Of a stretch of 64,000 nucleotides of DNA, positions 42,275 to 53,236 are shown piece by piece. The stretch spans positions 1-64,000 of the forward strand of contig CAWFGE010000011.1 of assembly GCA_963815195.1 (NCBI GenBank), given 5' to 3'. The notes beneath the pieces are model-generated. The model was not told the origin of the DNA. It ran no database searches and was given only the letters and a program-made list of their open reading frames with translations. Positions within the stretch are counted from its first letter, which is position 1; each line of letters starts with the position of its first letter. The stretch comes from an uncultured Planctomycetaceae bacterium. Its GTDB lineage: Bacteria; Planctomycetota; Planctomycetia; Planctomycetales; Planctomycetaceae. The position numbers and the translations under genes are program-made.

Positions 42275-43804
42275 ATGTTTTTCCGCAGAAAACTTCGTCT
42301 TTTCATTTTCGCAGCCGGTTGGTTGTTGTGTTCGATCGGGACGGCTCAAGACAAGTCACCGCCGAATATTATCGTGATTATGGCCGATGACTTGGGCTAC
42401 GGCGACGTTTCGTGCTACGGGGCGGCCGCGCTCAAGACCCCGAACATCGATCGGTTGGCGGCGGAAGGCCTCAAATTCACCAGCGGCTACTGCTCGGCTT
42501 CGACCTGCACGCCGACGCGGTATTCGTTTCTGACGGGAAGTTACGCCTTCCGCAAAAAAGGCACCGGCATCGCGGCCCCCAATAATCCCGCGATCATCCA
42601 GCCCGGCACCGAGACCCTGCCTTCGCTGCTCAAACGGGCCGGCTATCAAACGGCCGTCATCGGCAAGTGGCATTTGGGTTTGGGCGGACCGGATGGCCCG
42701 GATTGGAATCACGACCTCAAACCGGGGCCGTTGGAAATCGGCTTCGATTATTGCTATCTCCTGCCGACGACCAACGACCGGGTGCCGCAGGTGTACGTGG
42801 AAAATCATCGCGTCCCGAATCTCGATCCCAAAGATCCCCTGTGGGTGGGCAACAAAAAGCCCAGCCCCGACCATCCCACCGGAATCACGCATCGCAGCAC
42901 GCTCCGCATGGATTGGGACTACGGGCACAACGGGACGATTCACAACGGCATCAGCCGGATCGGTTTTTATACCGGCGGGCACGCGGCGAGGTTTCGCGAT
43001 GAAGACCTCGCGGACGAGTGGGTCAAGCGATCGGTGAAGTGGATCGAAGACAACAAGGATCGGTCGTTCTTTCTGTTTTTCGCCTCGCACGACCTGCACG
43101 TGCCCCGTATGCCCCACGAACGCTTTCAAGGCAAGACCCCGCTGGGTTACCGCGGGGATGCGATTGTGGAACTCGATTGGTGCGTGGGCGAGTTGATGAA
43201 AACCCTCAAGCGGCTCGATCTCGAACAGAACACGCTCGTCGTGTTTTGTTCCGACAACGGCCCCGTGCTCAACGATGGCTATAAGGATGGGGCCGTCGAA
43301 AAAAACGATGGCCACAAACCGGCCGGCCCCTATAGCGGCGGGAAATACACGATCCAGGAAGGCGGCACGCGGACGCCGTTCATCACCCGCTGGCCGGGCA
43401 CGATTTCGCCGGGCGTGTCGGAGGAGATGGTGTGCACGATCGACCTCGCCGCCAGCTTCGCCGCGATGAACGATGTCCCACTTCCCGCCGACGCCTGCGT
43501 CGATAGTTTTAACGTTCTGGCCGCGCTCTTGGGAGAAAAAGACGCCAAGGGCCGGGAGAGTTTGATCCAGCAGGACAACGGCCAGCGCGGGAATTACGGA
43601 TTCCGCTCGGGCGATTGGAAGCTGCAACGCAAAGCCGGGCGAAAACGCAACCAGCAAGCGAAACCGGACCTCGCGCTGTACAACCTGGCCGACGATCCCG
43701 CCGAAGAGAACAACATCATTAAAGAGCACCCCCAAATCGCCGAGCAACTCGCCAAACAATTGGACGATTCCATCCAAGCCGGCCGCACCCGCCCCGCGAA
43801 GTGA
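42275..43804 (+). CDS. Secreted arylsulfatase (S1)
   Basis: PNIIVIMADDLGYGD, CTPTRYS, GKWHLG, SDNG, EGGTR. Confidence 0.95.
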   Translation: MFFRRKLRLFIFAAGWLLCSIGTAQDKSPPNIIVIMADDLGYGDVSCYGAAALKTPNIDRLAAEGLKFTSGYCSASTCTPTRYSFLTGSYAFRKKGTGIAAPNNPAIIQPGTETLPSLLKRAGYQTAVIGKWHLGLGGPDGPDWNHDLKPGPLEIGFDYCYLLPTTNDRVPQVYVENHRVPNLDPKDPLWVGNKKPSPDHPTGITHRSTLRMDWDYGHNGTIHNGISRIGFYTGGHAARFRDEDLADEWVKRSVKWIEDNKDRSFFLFFASHDLHVPRMPHERFQGKTPLGYRGDAIVELDWCVGELMKTLKRLDLEQNTLVVFCSDNGPVLNDGYKDGAVEKNDGHKPAGPYSGGKYTIQEGGTRTPFITRWPGTISPGVSEEMVCTIDLAASFAAMNDVPLPADACVDSFNVLAALLGEKDAKGRESLIQQDNGQRGNYGFRSGDWKLQRKAGRKRNQQAKPDLALYNLADDPAEENNIIKEHPQIAEQLAKQLDDSIQAGRTRPAK

Positions 43805-43915
43805 AACCTTTCCCGCTCTCCTCGATCGCTCTGACGAGTGGAGCGGCGTAGAGCTGGCCCTACAGCTAAAGAAGGCAGGCGGGAGCCGGCCCTGCAATTA
43901 CTTTGAGAGAAGCAG

Positions 43916-44254
43916 GCCGAGGTTTAACCAATTCCTCAGCCTGAAGCCAGCGACTGGTGGCACTGTCAGTATTACGTGTGGTTTTTGTGAGTTGTTTTTC
44001 GGGTGCCACTGGCAACTTGTTGCCAGTGCGACTATGCAGTCTCCGAGATTGCGGCAGGGTGGCATGCTCATGGCTTTGCATGAGCATGCGATACGAAGAA
44101 ACTTGAATCTCTTGGAATCGAACGGCACGCCCACTCCAGGCAGTGATAAAAACTCACCTTGTCACTTCCTGGATGCTTGCGAGACATGCTCATGCAAAGC
44201 CATGAGCATGCCACCCCGCCGAGGTTTAACCAATTACTCAGCCTGAAGCCAGCG
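43916..44254. repeat. 37-bp direct repeats enclosing REP-like palindromes (BIME/REPIN-like)
   Basis: GCCGAGGTTTAACCAATT(C/A)CTCAGCCTGAAGCCAGCG at 43916 and 44218; inverted pair GGGTGGCATGCTCATGGCTTTGCATGAGCATG at 44057 and 44185; GGGTGCCACTGGCAACTTGTTGCCAGTG at 44001. Confidence 0.85.
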
Positions 44255-44483
44255 CAATGGACGGTTTTTCAAGGCGATGTCTGGTGGCGCACGGTCATGC
44301 CGCGGCTCTAATCGTAGCGATTCTGCCGGTCTGAGGGTTTCCGGCCGCCGTTGTTTCCGGGAATCAACGCGAGTGTGCCACTGGCTCCGCCAGTGCGGTT
44401 TTGAGACAATCGTTGTGACGAGGCGCCCGTAGCCTGCTTCAATCGTTCCGGTCTTTGCCACTTCGATGCTCTGGAGCAATCCC

Positions 44484-45062
44484 ATGCCTCATCGGAAAAC
44501 CGTTCGGCATTATCATGAACCGGGCCATCTCCATGAGTTCACTTTCTCCTGCTATCAACGTCGGCCATTGCTGACAAACGACGATTGGCGGGAAAAACTG
44601 GCCCGCTGTCTCGACCAGGCCAACCAGGAATACCGCTTTGAACTCGTGGCATTTGTGTTGATGCCCGAACACGTCCATCTCTTGACGTATCCCCTCGAAT
44701 TAGAACCAAACTTCGGGGGCTATCTTGCTCAAATCAAGCAGCCTTTCTCCAAGCAAATCAAACAGGTGCTCACCGAAAACCGGTCGCCGCTCCTCCAACG
44801 GCTGACCGTCCGGGAACGAAAGGACAAATACTGCTTTCGATTCTGGCAGGAAGGGCCGGGGTTCGACCGAAATCTATTCAGCAAGGAGGCGATCGTCGGT
44901 TCCATCAATTACATCCACGAGAATCCCGTCAAGCGAGGATTGTGCCAAAAAGCCACCGACTGGAAGTGGTCCTCGGCCCGATATTATTTGAATGAACCGC
45001 CCGGTCAACAGGAAGCCGATTTACCCTTGATCCACGGCCCTCCCATAGGCATGCTGGACTAA
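44484..45062 (+). CDS. REP-associated tyrosine (Y1/HUH) transposase, RAYT-like
   Basis: HEFTFSC, FVLMPEHVHLL, FWQ, NYIHENPVKRGL, DWKWSSA; flanked by inverted REPs. Confidence 0.92.
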   Translation: MPHRKTVRHYHEPGHLHEFTFSCYQRRPLLTNDDWREKLARCLDQANQEYRFELVAFVLMPEHVHLLTYPLELEPNFGGYLAQIKQPFSKQIKQVLTENRSPLLQRLTVRERKDKYCFRFWQEGPGFDRNLFSKEAIVGSINYIHENPVKRGLCQKATDWKWSSARYYLNEPPGQQEADLPLIHGPPIGMLD

Positions 45063-45348
45063 CTCCGGCAAACACACTGGCAGAGCCAGTGGCACACAAA
45101 CAGATCGTGTTCCGCTTCGGAGAGAACGACTACTATCGTTGGGAACAAGAAATCAACGAGCCGTAGTCGCAGGAACATTTCACCGAGGCACTGGCGGAGC
45201 CAGTGGCACACAAGATCCGCCAGTGCCACCCCGCCGGATGGTCAAGCCTTGCTTTTTGGAAAGTCGGCGGTCTTTCATGGAAAACCCGTGTTCAAAGCCA
45301 TCGGGAAATACGTCGGGCATTCCGCCCGGCACCGTAGGATTGGACCTA

Positions 45349-45900
45349 TTAATCATTGCTTTGGTGATAGCGGAAATCAAATGCTGCGAATGCAAAAAAA
45401 CCGTAAATTTCAGAAAGGATCAATGGAATAGTACAATTGGAAATTCGGCCAATATTCCCCTTGCCATAAACCCAAAGGCAAGGGGATTGAGTAGTCACGT
45501 CAGAATAGATTTCTCTCCCGAGACAATAAAGCCTCCACTCATTTTCAATAGAATTTGGAAACACAATTCGGACAACGTCTTCTTCCACATCCACATGGAT
45601 TGCACAAGAATTGAACATACTAACGATTTCTACTATTTCTGGATTGCTCGGTAGAGCTAATAGGTTCTTGAAATCGTCAAAAACCTTGCTATAGCCGCCA
45701 TTGGCCAGTTTTGGGACAACAGGCAAATCCTGAAGTTGACCTTTCATGACCTCCATATTTAGGAGATCATCTTTTGGGAGAGAGCAGGAATCAAAACCGC
45801 TAAATTGCTTAGATGATATGAGTGTGTTCCGAATAAACTCCACAGGATTCGGTTGGAGAAAATTTGCTTCCCATTCTGCAAAAAAATCATCGTCACTCAT
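45349..45900 (-). CDS. AT-rich hypothetical protein (cargo)
   Basis: 183-aa ORF with AGGAG RBS in a low-GC block between 61-bp IRs. Confidence 0.6.
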   Translation of the reverse strand: MSDDDFFAEWEANFLQPNPVEFIRNTLISSKQFSGFDSCSLPKDDLLNMEVMKGQLQDLPVVPKLANGGYSKVFDDFKNLLALPSNPEIVEIVSMFNSCAIHVDVEEDVVRIVFPNSIENEWRLYCLGREIYSDVTTQSPCLWVYGKGNIGRISNCTIPLILSEIYGFFAFAAFDFRYHQSND

Positions 45901-46004
45901 CTAAACTCTCCTTTACAACTGAGGTTATACTATACAAAAGCAACCTTCCTTGAGCATGTTTAATTTCCAACAAGCCAAGTAGGGTCCGCTGTGCGGACCG
46001 TTTT

Positions 46005-46216
46005 TTACTCCCCGGCGTCGGTGACTCTCGCCACGTTTTCGGGAACCGCCGCACCACATCCCCAATCGATGGGATAAACTCCCGCTTTCACCCAACGGTG
46101 AAATGATGAATACGGCCAATCCTTCGGGCATCTTACATAGCCATGTTTGACGGGGTTCCAATGAATATAGTCGAAATGGGCCTCGAAATCATCCTCATCC
46201 TCAATCGTGTGTTGCC
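46005..46216 (-). pseudogene. C-terminal remnant of a second RAYT transposase
   Basis: WQHTIEDEDDFEAHFDYIHWNPVKHG...DWPYSSFHRWV; bracketed by a 58-bp direct repeat (45973, 46217) containing a GTAG-REP (GTAGGGTCCGCTGTGCGGACC). Confidence 0.85.
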
Positions 46217-46927
46217 AGCCAAGTAGGGTCCGCTGTGCGGACCGTTTTTTACTCCCCGGCGTCGGTGACTCTCGGCGGGGTGGCACTGGCGGACCTTGTG
46301 TGCCACTGGCTCCGCCAGTGCCTTGGTGAAATGGTTGCGGGACTCAGGCTGGCTGATTTTCTGTTCCCCAAAAAACAGCAGACTTTGTCTCCGAAGCAAA
46401 ATGCGATGCCAGGCGAACTTTGTCCATCGTCTCAACAATTGTCTCAAAACCGCACTGGCAGAGCCAGTGGCACACTCGGCCCATCCGTCCGCCGCCCCGC
46501 AAAATCAACGTGTTCCTGCTCTTCGCTTGGTTCTCCGCTCCATCTCTAGCGGTTCTGACGGTCTGAGGGTTTCCGTCCGCCGTTGTTTCCGGGAATCAAC
46601 GCGGCGCTCGCGGATTTTGTTGACGGCCGGCAACTGGGGCCTATGTTTTCCTACCCTCTCAAAAACTGGCTCTCAGCATGCGGGCGGGGCACGTTCTGTT
46701 TTCAGAACACGCCCCGATCCCGCATGCGCGGGCCGTTCGTTCTGTTCGATGCGACCGGAGCGAACGCCTCCGCGAATTGTATTGATAAAACACCCGGTCA
46801 ACTCCGTCCGATTGTGGGGCGGTTGATCGTCTTCGAGCGTTCGCCTTCGCCCACACGAAGCGGGCCGCCCGAAAAATTCCCTCAATGATTTTGCAACTCT
46901 GATCCGCTAGAGCCAAAGAGAGGCATC

Positions 46928-48325
46928 ATGAAGACGAACCACGGCTCGTTGCTGGTGGTCGATGACGACCAGCACGTTCTATCCGCAATGGCCGACTATC
47001 TTCGCAGTTTCGGGCACCGCACCGAGACCGCCGCCTCCTGCCAGGAAGCGAAAACCCGCATGCGGGAGTTTCCCTTCGAGGCGGTGATCTGCGATGTGCA
47101 CCTCCCGGACCAGGACGGCTTCCAGCTTCTCGAATGGGCCCTCGACGAGAAGCCCGAAACCGCGATGATCCTGCTCACGGGCTACGGCACGATCGAAAGC
47201 GCCGTCGAAGCCATCCGCATGGGCGCGTTCGATTATCTCACCAAGCCCGTCATCGACGAGGAACTCCATCTCGCCATTCAGCGGGCGCTCGGGCAGCGGA
47301 AGATCGTCGAAGAGAACAAGAAGCTCAAGCAGCAGCTCGACGAGCGGTTCGGGATCGGGAACATCGTCGGCCACGATTACAAGATGCTGCGGATGTTCGA
47401 TTTGATCGAAAGCGTGGCCGCCACCCGCACCACGGTCTTGATCCTGGGCGAAAGCGGGACGGGCAAAACGATGACGGCCCGCGCGATCCATCAGCTCAGC
47501 GACCGCCGGGACAAGCCCTTCGTGGAAGTCGCCTGCGGCGCGCTTCCCGAGAACCTTCTGGAGAGCGAACTCTTCGGCCACGTCGCGGGTTCCTTCACGG
47601 GAGCCACGGGCGACAAGGTGGGAAAATTCCTGCAAGCCGACGGCGGCACGATCTTCCTCGACGAAGTGGCGACCGCTTCGCAAAGCCTGCAGGTCAAGCT
47701 GCTCCGCGTGCTCCAGGACCGCGAGTTCGAGCCCGTCGGCGGGAACAAAACGCACAAGATCGACGTGCGGCTGATTCTCGCCACGAATGCCGACCTCGAA
47801 GACATGGTCGCCAGCGGCGAGTTCCGCGAAGATCTGTATTACCGCATCAACGTGATCTCCGTCACGCAGCCGCCGCTCCGCGAACGCATCGGCGATATTC
47901 CGCTGCTGGTCGAACATTACCTCACCCAGTTCAACGCGCAGACCGGCAAAGAACTCAAAGGCTTCGACGAATCGGCGATGCACTTCCTGCAGCAATACGA
48001 CTGGCCCGGCAATGTCCGCGAGTTGGTCAACGTTGTCGAGCGGGCGGTGGTGCTGTCCAAGAACGAAGTCATCACGGCCGGCGATCTGCCTGAAAAAGTC
48101 CGCCAAAGCGATCGGCACCCGGCCCGGTTCGTCGTGGCGGGCGCGGGGAGCAATCTCAAATCCGCCATGGCCACGCCCGAACGCCAGATCATCGTCGATG
48201 CCCTGGAAGCCAACGGCTGGAATCGCCAGAGCACCGCGAAGATGCTGGGCATCAACCGCACCACGCTGTATAAGAAAATGAAAAAGTACGACATCGAGTA
48301 CGAGAAGGAAAAGCAGCTCGTTTGA
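46928..48325 (+). CDS. Sigma-54-dependent response regulator (NtrC/AtoC family)
   Basis: REC (VVDDD, D, TG, KP), [28 protein letters not shown], Fis [14 protein letters not shown]. Confidence 0.95.
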   Translation: MKTNHGSLLVVDDDQHVLSAMADYLRSFGHRTETAASCQEAKTRMREFPFEAVICDVHLPDQDGFQLLEWALDEKPETAMILLTGYGTIESAVEAIRMGAFDYLTKPVIDEELHLAIQRALGQRKIVEENKKLKQQLDERFGIGNIVGHDYKMLRMFDLIESVAATRTTVLILGESGTGKTMTARAIHQLSDRRDKPFVEVACGALPENLLESELFGHVAGSFTGATGDKVGKFLQADGGTIFLDEVATASQSLQVKLLRVLQDREFEPVGGNKTHKIDVRLILATNADLEDMVASGEFREDLYYRINVISVTQPPLRERIGDIPLLVEHYLTQFNAQTGKELKGFDESAMHFLQQYDWPGNVRELVNVVERAVVLSKNEVITAGDLPEKVRQSDRHPARFVVAGAGSNLKSAMATPERQIIVDALEANGWNRQSTAKMLGINRTTLYKKMKKYDIEYEKEKQLV

Positions 48326-48372
48326 TCTCTTGGAAGGAGCAAAGGCCACAGAGGAGCAAAGGCCGCAAAGTT

Positions 48373-48407
48373 GAAAGCCGCGTAGCTGCCCGGGCTACGC
48401 GGCTTTC
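48373..48407. terminator. Stem-loop between convergent genes
   Basis: GAAAGCCGCGTAGC-N7-GCTACGCGGCTTTC. Confidence 0.7.
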
Positions 48408-48435
48408 GTTCTTTGTTGGACTCGCTCTGCCGCTT

Positions 48436-49721
48436 TCAAAACGGGACCGGCAGCAAGAAGGCGTGGTGCTGGAACAGGACCCATTTGCCCTGGGCACCGA
48501 TGAACTGCGTGAAGAACAGCAGAAACACATACAGCCCCAACAGCGGAGGCATCAGCCAGCGGGCGAGCCATCTCCAGCCGAACCACGCCGGCCGCGGTTT
48601 GTGCATCCCGCGGTAATACGCCCAGCCGGCGAGCACCTTGGCGGGATAAATGCTGACGATGAACAACGGCGTCAATAGCACCAGCGCATCCCGCGGCGGC
48701 AGGACGATTTTGGAAAGATACAAAGGCAGCGCCAAAACATACACGCCCAGGATCGCGAACATGAATGCGACCGGGGCATTGCGAAACGCGCGCCGAATCG
48801 AGCGAAGCTCGAAGAATGCTCGCCAACGATTTTCCGCGGCGAACCGGGCTTGCAAAAACGGCAGCCAACTGAGGACGAGCATCAATAGCACGCCGCCCGC
48901 AATTGTCACCAGCGCGGCCCCGCCTTCGGGTTTGTCCGCCGCCGCGAAAAAAAAGGTGGGCACAGCGAGCCAGGCGAAGGCCCCCACCAATCCGCAGCCC
49001 CAGCGAAAACAAATGCCCGATCCGCCAGCGGGCGATGAAGTCGCGCACGTTCTCGTCCGCCGATCTTAGCGAACCCGTTTTCCGCGACCGCCATCGCCCG
49101 AGCATGTACCGCAGATTTTTAAGCGGCCGAAAGAAGCACCCAAAACTCCCGCCCCGCGCGAGGGCCAGGCAAAGATGGATTGCGATCAACACCGACGCGA
49201 CCGTCTTCGCCGTTTGCCAGCCGGCCGTTTGCGGGCTCGCGGGATCGATCAATTTCGCATCCGAGGCGTAGCTGCCGATCAAAAACAGCGGCAGCAGCCA
49301 AAACCCCACGCCCAACACAATGGAACCGAGCCGGGGCGCAGAGTTCCAACATCGGAAACGCATCGCGAAGCCGGCCCCGCCGAGCGACCCGGCCCTCGAC
49401 TTCCAGAAGGTATCCCAAGGCGAGAATCTGCACAACCGGAATCGCCGCCACGATCGCCCACAACCCGACGAGCGCGAGAATCCCGAGTCCGTTCCGCACG
49501 AACCACGCCGACGCCCGAAGCGGATGTTTGAGCAAATGCGGGCAGCGGGGGATCGGCGGGAAATTCGGCAACGGCGGAAGCTCGTCGCTTTCCCACTCCG
49601 CCAGATGATCGGCGGATTCCAGCGCGGGTTCTGCGCACAAAACCAGATCGCCGTCGCCCGACTCGTCTTCCGACAAAGCCGGCGAAATCGCGGATCGCTG
49701 GGCAAGCAGTTCCCGTTCCAT
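48436..49721 (-). CDS. Membrane protein (DUF4013-like; frameshifts near 49345 and 48990)
   Basis: AAIPVVQILALGYLLE, ALARGG..CFFRP, LPFLQARFA, LPLYL, HHAFLLPVPF. Confidence 0.75.
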
Positions 49722-49993
49722 TGGCAGATCGATGGTTTTAAGTACGCGTTTGTAAACCTGAGCGGTAGGCGCTACCTAGCCTCCGGTCTCGATGAAGAAA
49801 AATCCGTCGAAACCAAAACGGGCGGCGAGCGCCTTGCCGCTCACTTTGGCGGAAACAGGCCGACTAAAATAGGGTTACCTCGATCGGGCCGAGACGAGTT
49901 TCAAAGATTTGCTGAAACGCGGCGAATGTCCATCGAGTATAGTCAAAGTAACCGCAAAGTTCGCGTGTGGAACCGGGAGTGTTTTGGGTGGCG

Positions 49994-51658
49994 ATGCGAA
50001 AGTTTCTCGTGCCGGCGTCGGTGGTGCTCGGCGTGTGTTGGCTGGTCGGCTGGGCCGTGAATAGTCCGGTCGAGCGCGGCCTGCCCGCAGAGACTCCCGA
50101 GGTGCAAGAAATCGCTGGCATCGCGGAGCAGGTCGATCGCCACTTTGAGAAACAATGGGCAGCCGAGCAACTCACGCCCGCGAAACCGGCGGACGAGTTG
50201 CACGTCCTCCGCCGACTGGCGCTCGCGCTCCACGGCACGATTCCTTCGCTCGAGGAAATCCGCCGCTTTGAAGCCGACGAAAACCCCGGCCGCCTTGCCC
50301 GCTGGACGGCGGCGATGCTCGACGACCGCCGGTTCGCCGACTATTTCGCCGAGCGATTGGCCCGCGGTTTTGTCGGCACCGAGGGCGGGCAGTTTATCGT
50401 GTATCGGCGAGACCGGTTTGTGAGTTGGCTCGCGGATGAGCTGCACCAGAACCGCCCTTACGATGCCATCGTCCGGCAGATGATTCAGCAGGACGGCCTG
50501 TGGACCGGGCAGCCCGAGGTCAACTTTATGACGGCCGCGTTCAACGAAGGCGAGTTCGACGAAAACAAACTCGCCGGCCGCACCGCGCGGGCGTTTCTGG
50601 GGCAGAGCATGGACTGCGCCCAATGCCACGACCATTTCTTCGCCGAGTGGACGCAGGAGCAATTCCAAGGCCTCGCCGCGTTTTATGGCCAGGCCCGCTT
50701 GAGCCTGGTCGGTTTGACCGATCAAACCAAAAACAAAACAGGCCCCGTCGAATACCGTTACGAAAAACGTATCCAGGAGAACGGCGAGGAAGTCGTCCAA
50801 GAAATCGAAATCGCCCCGGCGGTGCCGTTCGGCGAGGACTGGCTCCCGAAAGAAGGCAGCCGGCGGGAACGGCTGGCGGCGTGGATTACCCATCCCCAAA
50901 ACCGCCGGTTCGAGCGGGCGATTGTCAACCGCGTGTGGGGCCTGATGTTCGGCCGGCCTTACACGGCCACTTTGGAAATCCCCGCCGCCGTCGATGACCT
51001 CCCCAATCCGAAACCGCTCACCGCGGATTTCCAGGGCGATCTCTTGGACATCTTGGGGCGGGATTTTCGCGAGCACGGCTGCGATCTCCGCCGATTGATT
51101 CTGGCGATCGCCGCGTCCCGGCCGTTTGGCTTGTCGTCCATTCATCCCGCGGAAACTTTGGCAGACTACCAGCGGCACGAAGCGGCCTGGACGGTGTTTC
51201 CCGTCACGAGACTCCGCCCCGAGCAGGTCATCGGCTCCATGCTGCAGGCGGCTTCGGTGAAGACCATCGACCAGAACTCGCATCTGTTGGTGCGGACGAT
51301 CAAGTTCTTCCGCCAGCGGGATTTCGTCAACAATTACGGTGACCTGGGAGCGGATGAACTTCAGGATCGCTCCGGCACGATCGCCCAGGCACTCTTGCGG
51401 ATGAACGGCACGCTCTCCAAGGAATTGACGGACGCAAGTTTGTTTTCCAGCAGCGGCCGCATCGCCGACACCGCCGGCAGCGATCAGACATGCCTGGAGG
51501 CGCTCTATCTCGTCAGCCTCACCCGCCGCCCCACGAAAGCAGAAACCGCCGCGTTCTTGCCGCAATTAACAGACACCCAAAAAGAGAACCGCAAACGGGC
51601 CGTGGAAGACATCATGTGGCCGCTGTTCAATTCCGAAGAGTTCTCGTGGGACCACTGA
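49994..51658 (+). CDS. DUF1549/DUF1553 planctomycete protein
   Basis: LRRLALAL.GTIP, FLGQSMDCAQCHDH, VNRVW, QALLRMN, LFNSEEF. Confidence 0.92.
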   Translation: MRKFLVPASVVLGVCWLVGWAVNSPVERGLPAETPEVQEIAGIAEQVDRHFEKQWAAEQLTPAKPADELHVLRRLALALHGTIPSLEEIRRFEADENPGRLARWTAAMLDDRRFADYFAERLARGFVGTEGGQFIVYRRDRFVSWLADELHQNRPYDAIVRQMIQQDGLWTGQPEVNFMTAAFNEGEFDENKLAGRTARAFLGQSMDCAQCHDHFFAEWTQEQFQGLAAFYGQARLSLVGLTDQTKNKTGPVEYRYEKRIQENGEEVVQEIEIAPAVPFGEDWLPKEGSRRERLAAWITHPQNRRFERAIVNRVWGLMFGRPYTATLEIPAAVDDLPNPKPLTADFQGDLLDILGRDFREHGCDLRRLILAIAASRPFGLSSIHPAETLADYQRHEAAWTVFPVTRLRPEQVIGSMLQAASVKTIDQNSHLLVRTIKFFRQRDFVNNYGDLGADELQDRSGTIAQALLRMNGTLSKELTDASLFSSSGRIADTAGSDQTCLEALYLVSLTRRPTKAETAAFLPQLTDTQKENRKRAVEDIMWPLFNSEEFSWDH

Positions 51659-51748
51659 AGCCCTTCGGGAAATCCCAATGTCCAAGCACCAATGACCAAT
51701 AAGATTTCATGTCCTAATTCCCAAGCTCCTGGGAGGGAGGGAAGTAGG

Positions 51749-51908
51749 AACCACGAATGACACCAATAACACGAATTATTTAAGATAGATTTGACCGCCG
51801 ATAGTTCAGTTTACAGGGACGGAAACTACAAAGAAGAAAACAATCTGATTTTTATTCAGGATCGGCATTCGCTGGGTTTTCTTCGTGTGATTCGTGTGAT
51901 TCGTGGTT
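51749..51908. repeat. Inverted pair of tandem nonamer repeats
   Basis: AACCACGAATGACACCAATAACACGAAT ... TTCGTGTGATTCGTGTGATTCGTGGTT. Confidence 0.7.
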
Positions 51909-51949
51909 GCCTTCGATTTAGTCAAAAACCTTTGATTGAGTTTGTTCCG

Positions 51950-53236
51950 ATGTTCGATTCACAAGCCATCACTCGGCGGAATGTGTTACAGGGGGCTTTG
52001 GGGCTGGGGGTGTCGTTTGCGTTGCCGGCTCTGGATTTGCAGGCGGCTCGGAAGCGTGGGGCGGAGCGGCCGAAGTCGCTGATCGTTTTGTGGCTGGCCG
52101 GCGGGCCGAGCCAATTGGAGACCTGGGACCCGCATCCGGGCACGAAGATCGGCGGCGAAACCAAATCCATCGCCACTAAGCTGCCGGGCGTCCGGATCGC
52201 GGACTTTTATCCTCATCTCGCCGAGGAAATCGATTGCCTGAACGTTATTCGCTCCTTGACATCGAAAGAAGGCGACCATGAGCGGGGGACGTATTTGCTG
52301 AAGACCGGTTTTCGCCCCGTGCCGAAATTGACGCACCCTGCGCTCGGGGCGGTGTTGGCCCACGAACGGCCTGCGCCGAAGCTCGAGATTCCCCAATTTG
52401 TTTCGCTGGGCGGCACAGAGTGGCCGGGCCGGGGCGGGTATTTGGGGGATGAGTACGATGCCTTCCGCATTTTCGATCCCGGCCGAAACATCCAAAACAT
52501 GCGGGCCCGGGTTCCCGAAGATCGCCATCAGCAACGGCTCAAGAACTTGGAAGTCATTTCCAACTCCTTCGCCAATCGCCGGCCGTTCGCTTCCCGGAAA
52601 ACGCTGCATCAGGAAATGATCCAGCGGGCGCTGACCATGATGAGTTCCGAGCAGCTCAATGCCTTCGAGATGGCAGGCGAACCGAAAGCCACCACCAAAG
52701 CGTATGGCGATTCGCCGTTCGGCCGCGGTTGCCTGGTGGCCCGGCGACTCGTCGAGCAGGGCGTCCGCAGCATCGAGGTGAACCTCGGCGGCTTCGACAG
52801 CCACGCCAACAACTATGAAGCCCACAAAACGAACGCCGCCATTCTTGACCCCGCCTTCGCAGCGCTCCTCAAGGATTTGAAGGAACGCGATCTGTGGGAC
52901 TCGACGGTCGTCTTGTGCATCGGCGAGTTCGGCCGCACGCCGACGATCAACCCCTTGGACGGCCGGGACCATTGGCCCAAGGGCTTTTCCTGCCTCGTGG
53001 GCGGCGGGGGAATGAAACGGGGCCAGGTCATCGGCGAAACCGACCCCACCGGCCAAAAAACCGACCCCGCCGACCCCATCGAAGTCAAAGACCTCTACGC
53101 CACGTTGCTGCACGTCTTCGGCGTCGAATACGGCAAAGAACTCCAAACCCCCATCGGCCGCCCGATGCGCTTAAGCGAAGGCCAACCGATCCGGCGACTG
53201 CTTCAGGCGAGCGGGGGGCGTAAGCCCCCTGGTTAG
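51950..53236 (+). CDS. DUF1501 protein (Tat-like RR signal)
   Basis: TRRNVL, WLAGGPSQLETWDP, CLVARRLVE, GEFGRTP, GRDHWP. Confidence 0.93.
   Translation: MFDSQAITRRNVLQGALGLGVSFALPALDLQAARKRGAERPKSLIVLWLAGGPSQLETWDPHPGTKIGGETKSIATKLPGVRIADFYPHLAEEIDCLNVIRSLTSKEGDHERGTYLLKTGFRPVPKLTHPALGAVLAHERPAPKLEIPQFVSLGGTEWPGRGGYLGDEYDAFRIFDPGRNIQNMRARVPEDRHQQRLKNLEVISNSFANRRPFASRKTLHQEMIQRALTMMSSEQLNAFEMAGEPKATTKAYGDSPFGRGCLVARRLVEQGVRSIEVNLGGFDSHANNYEAHKTNAAILDPAFAALLKDLKERDLWDSTVVLCIGEFGRTPTINPLDGRDHWPKGFSCLVGGGGMKRGQVIGETDPTGQKTDPADPIEVKDLYATLLHVFGVEYGKELQTPIGRPMRLSEGQPIRRLLQASGGRKPPG

Larger units (their letters stand above)
44315..46603. mobile_element. REP/RAYT module with nested direct and inverted repeats
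   Basis: 57-bp DRs at 44315/46547; 40-bp IRs at 44371/46438; REP GTGTGCCACTGGCT(C/T)..CCAGTG at 44373, 45075, 45189, 46298 and 46453. Confidence 0.75.

Noticed and set aside
43900..46610. Repeated palindromes as a CRISPR array
   Set aside because: Copies alternate in orientation, spacing is irregular, no cas genes are present, and a RAYT explains them.
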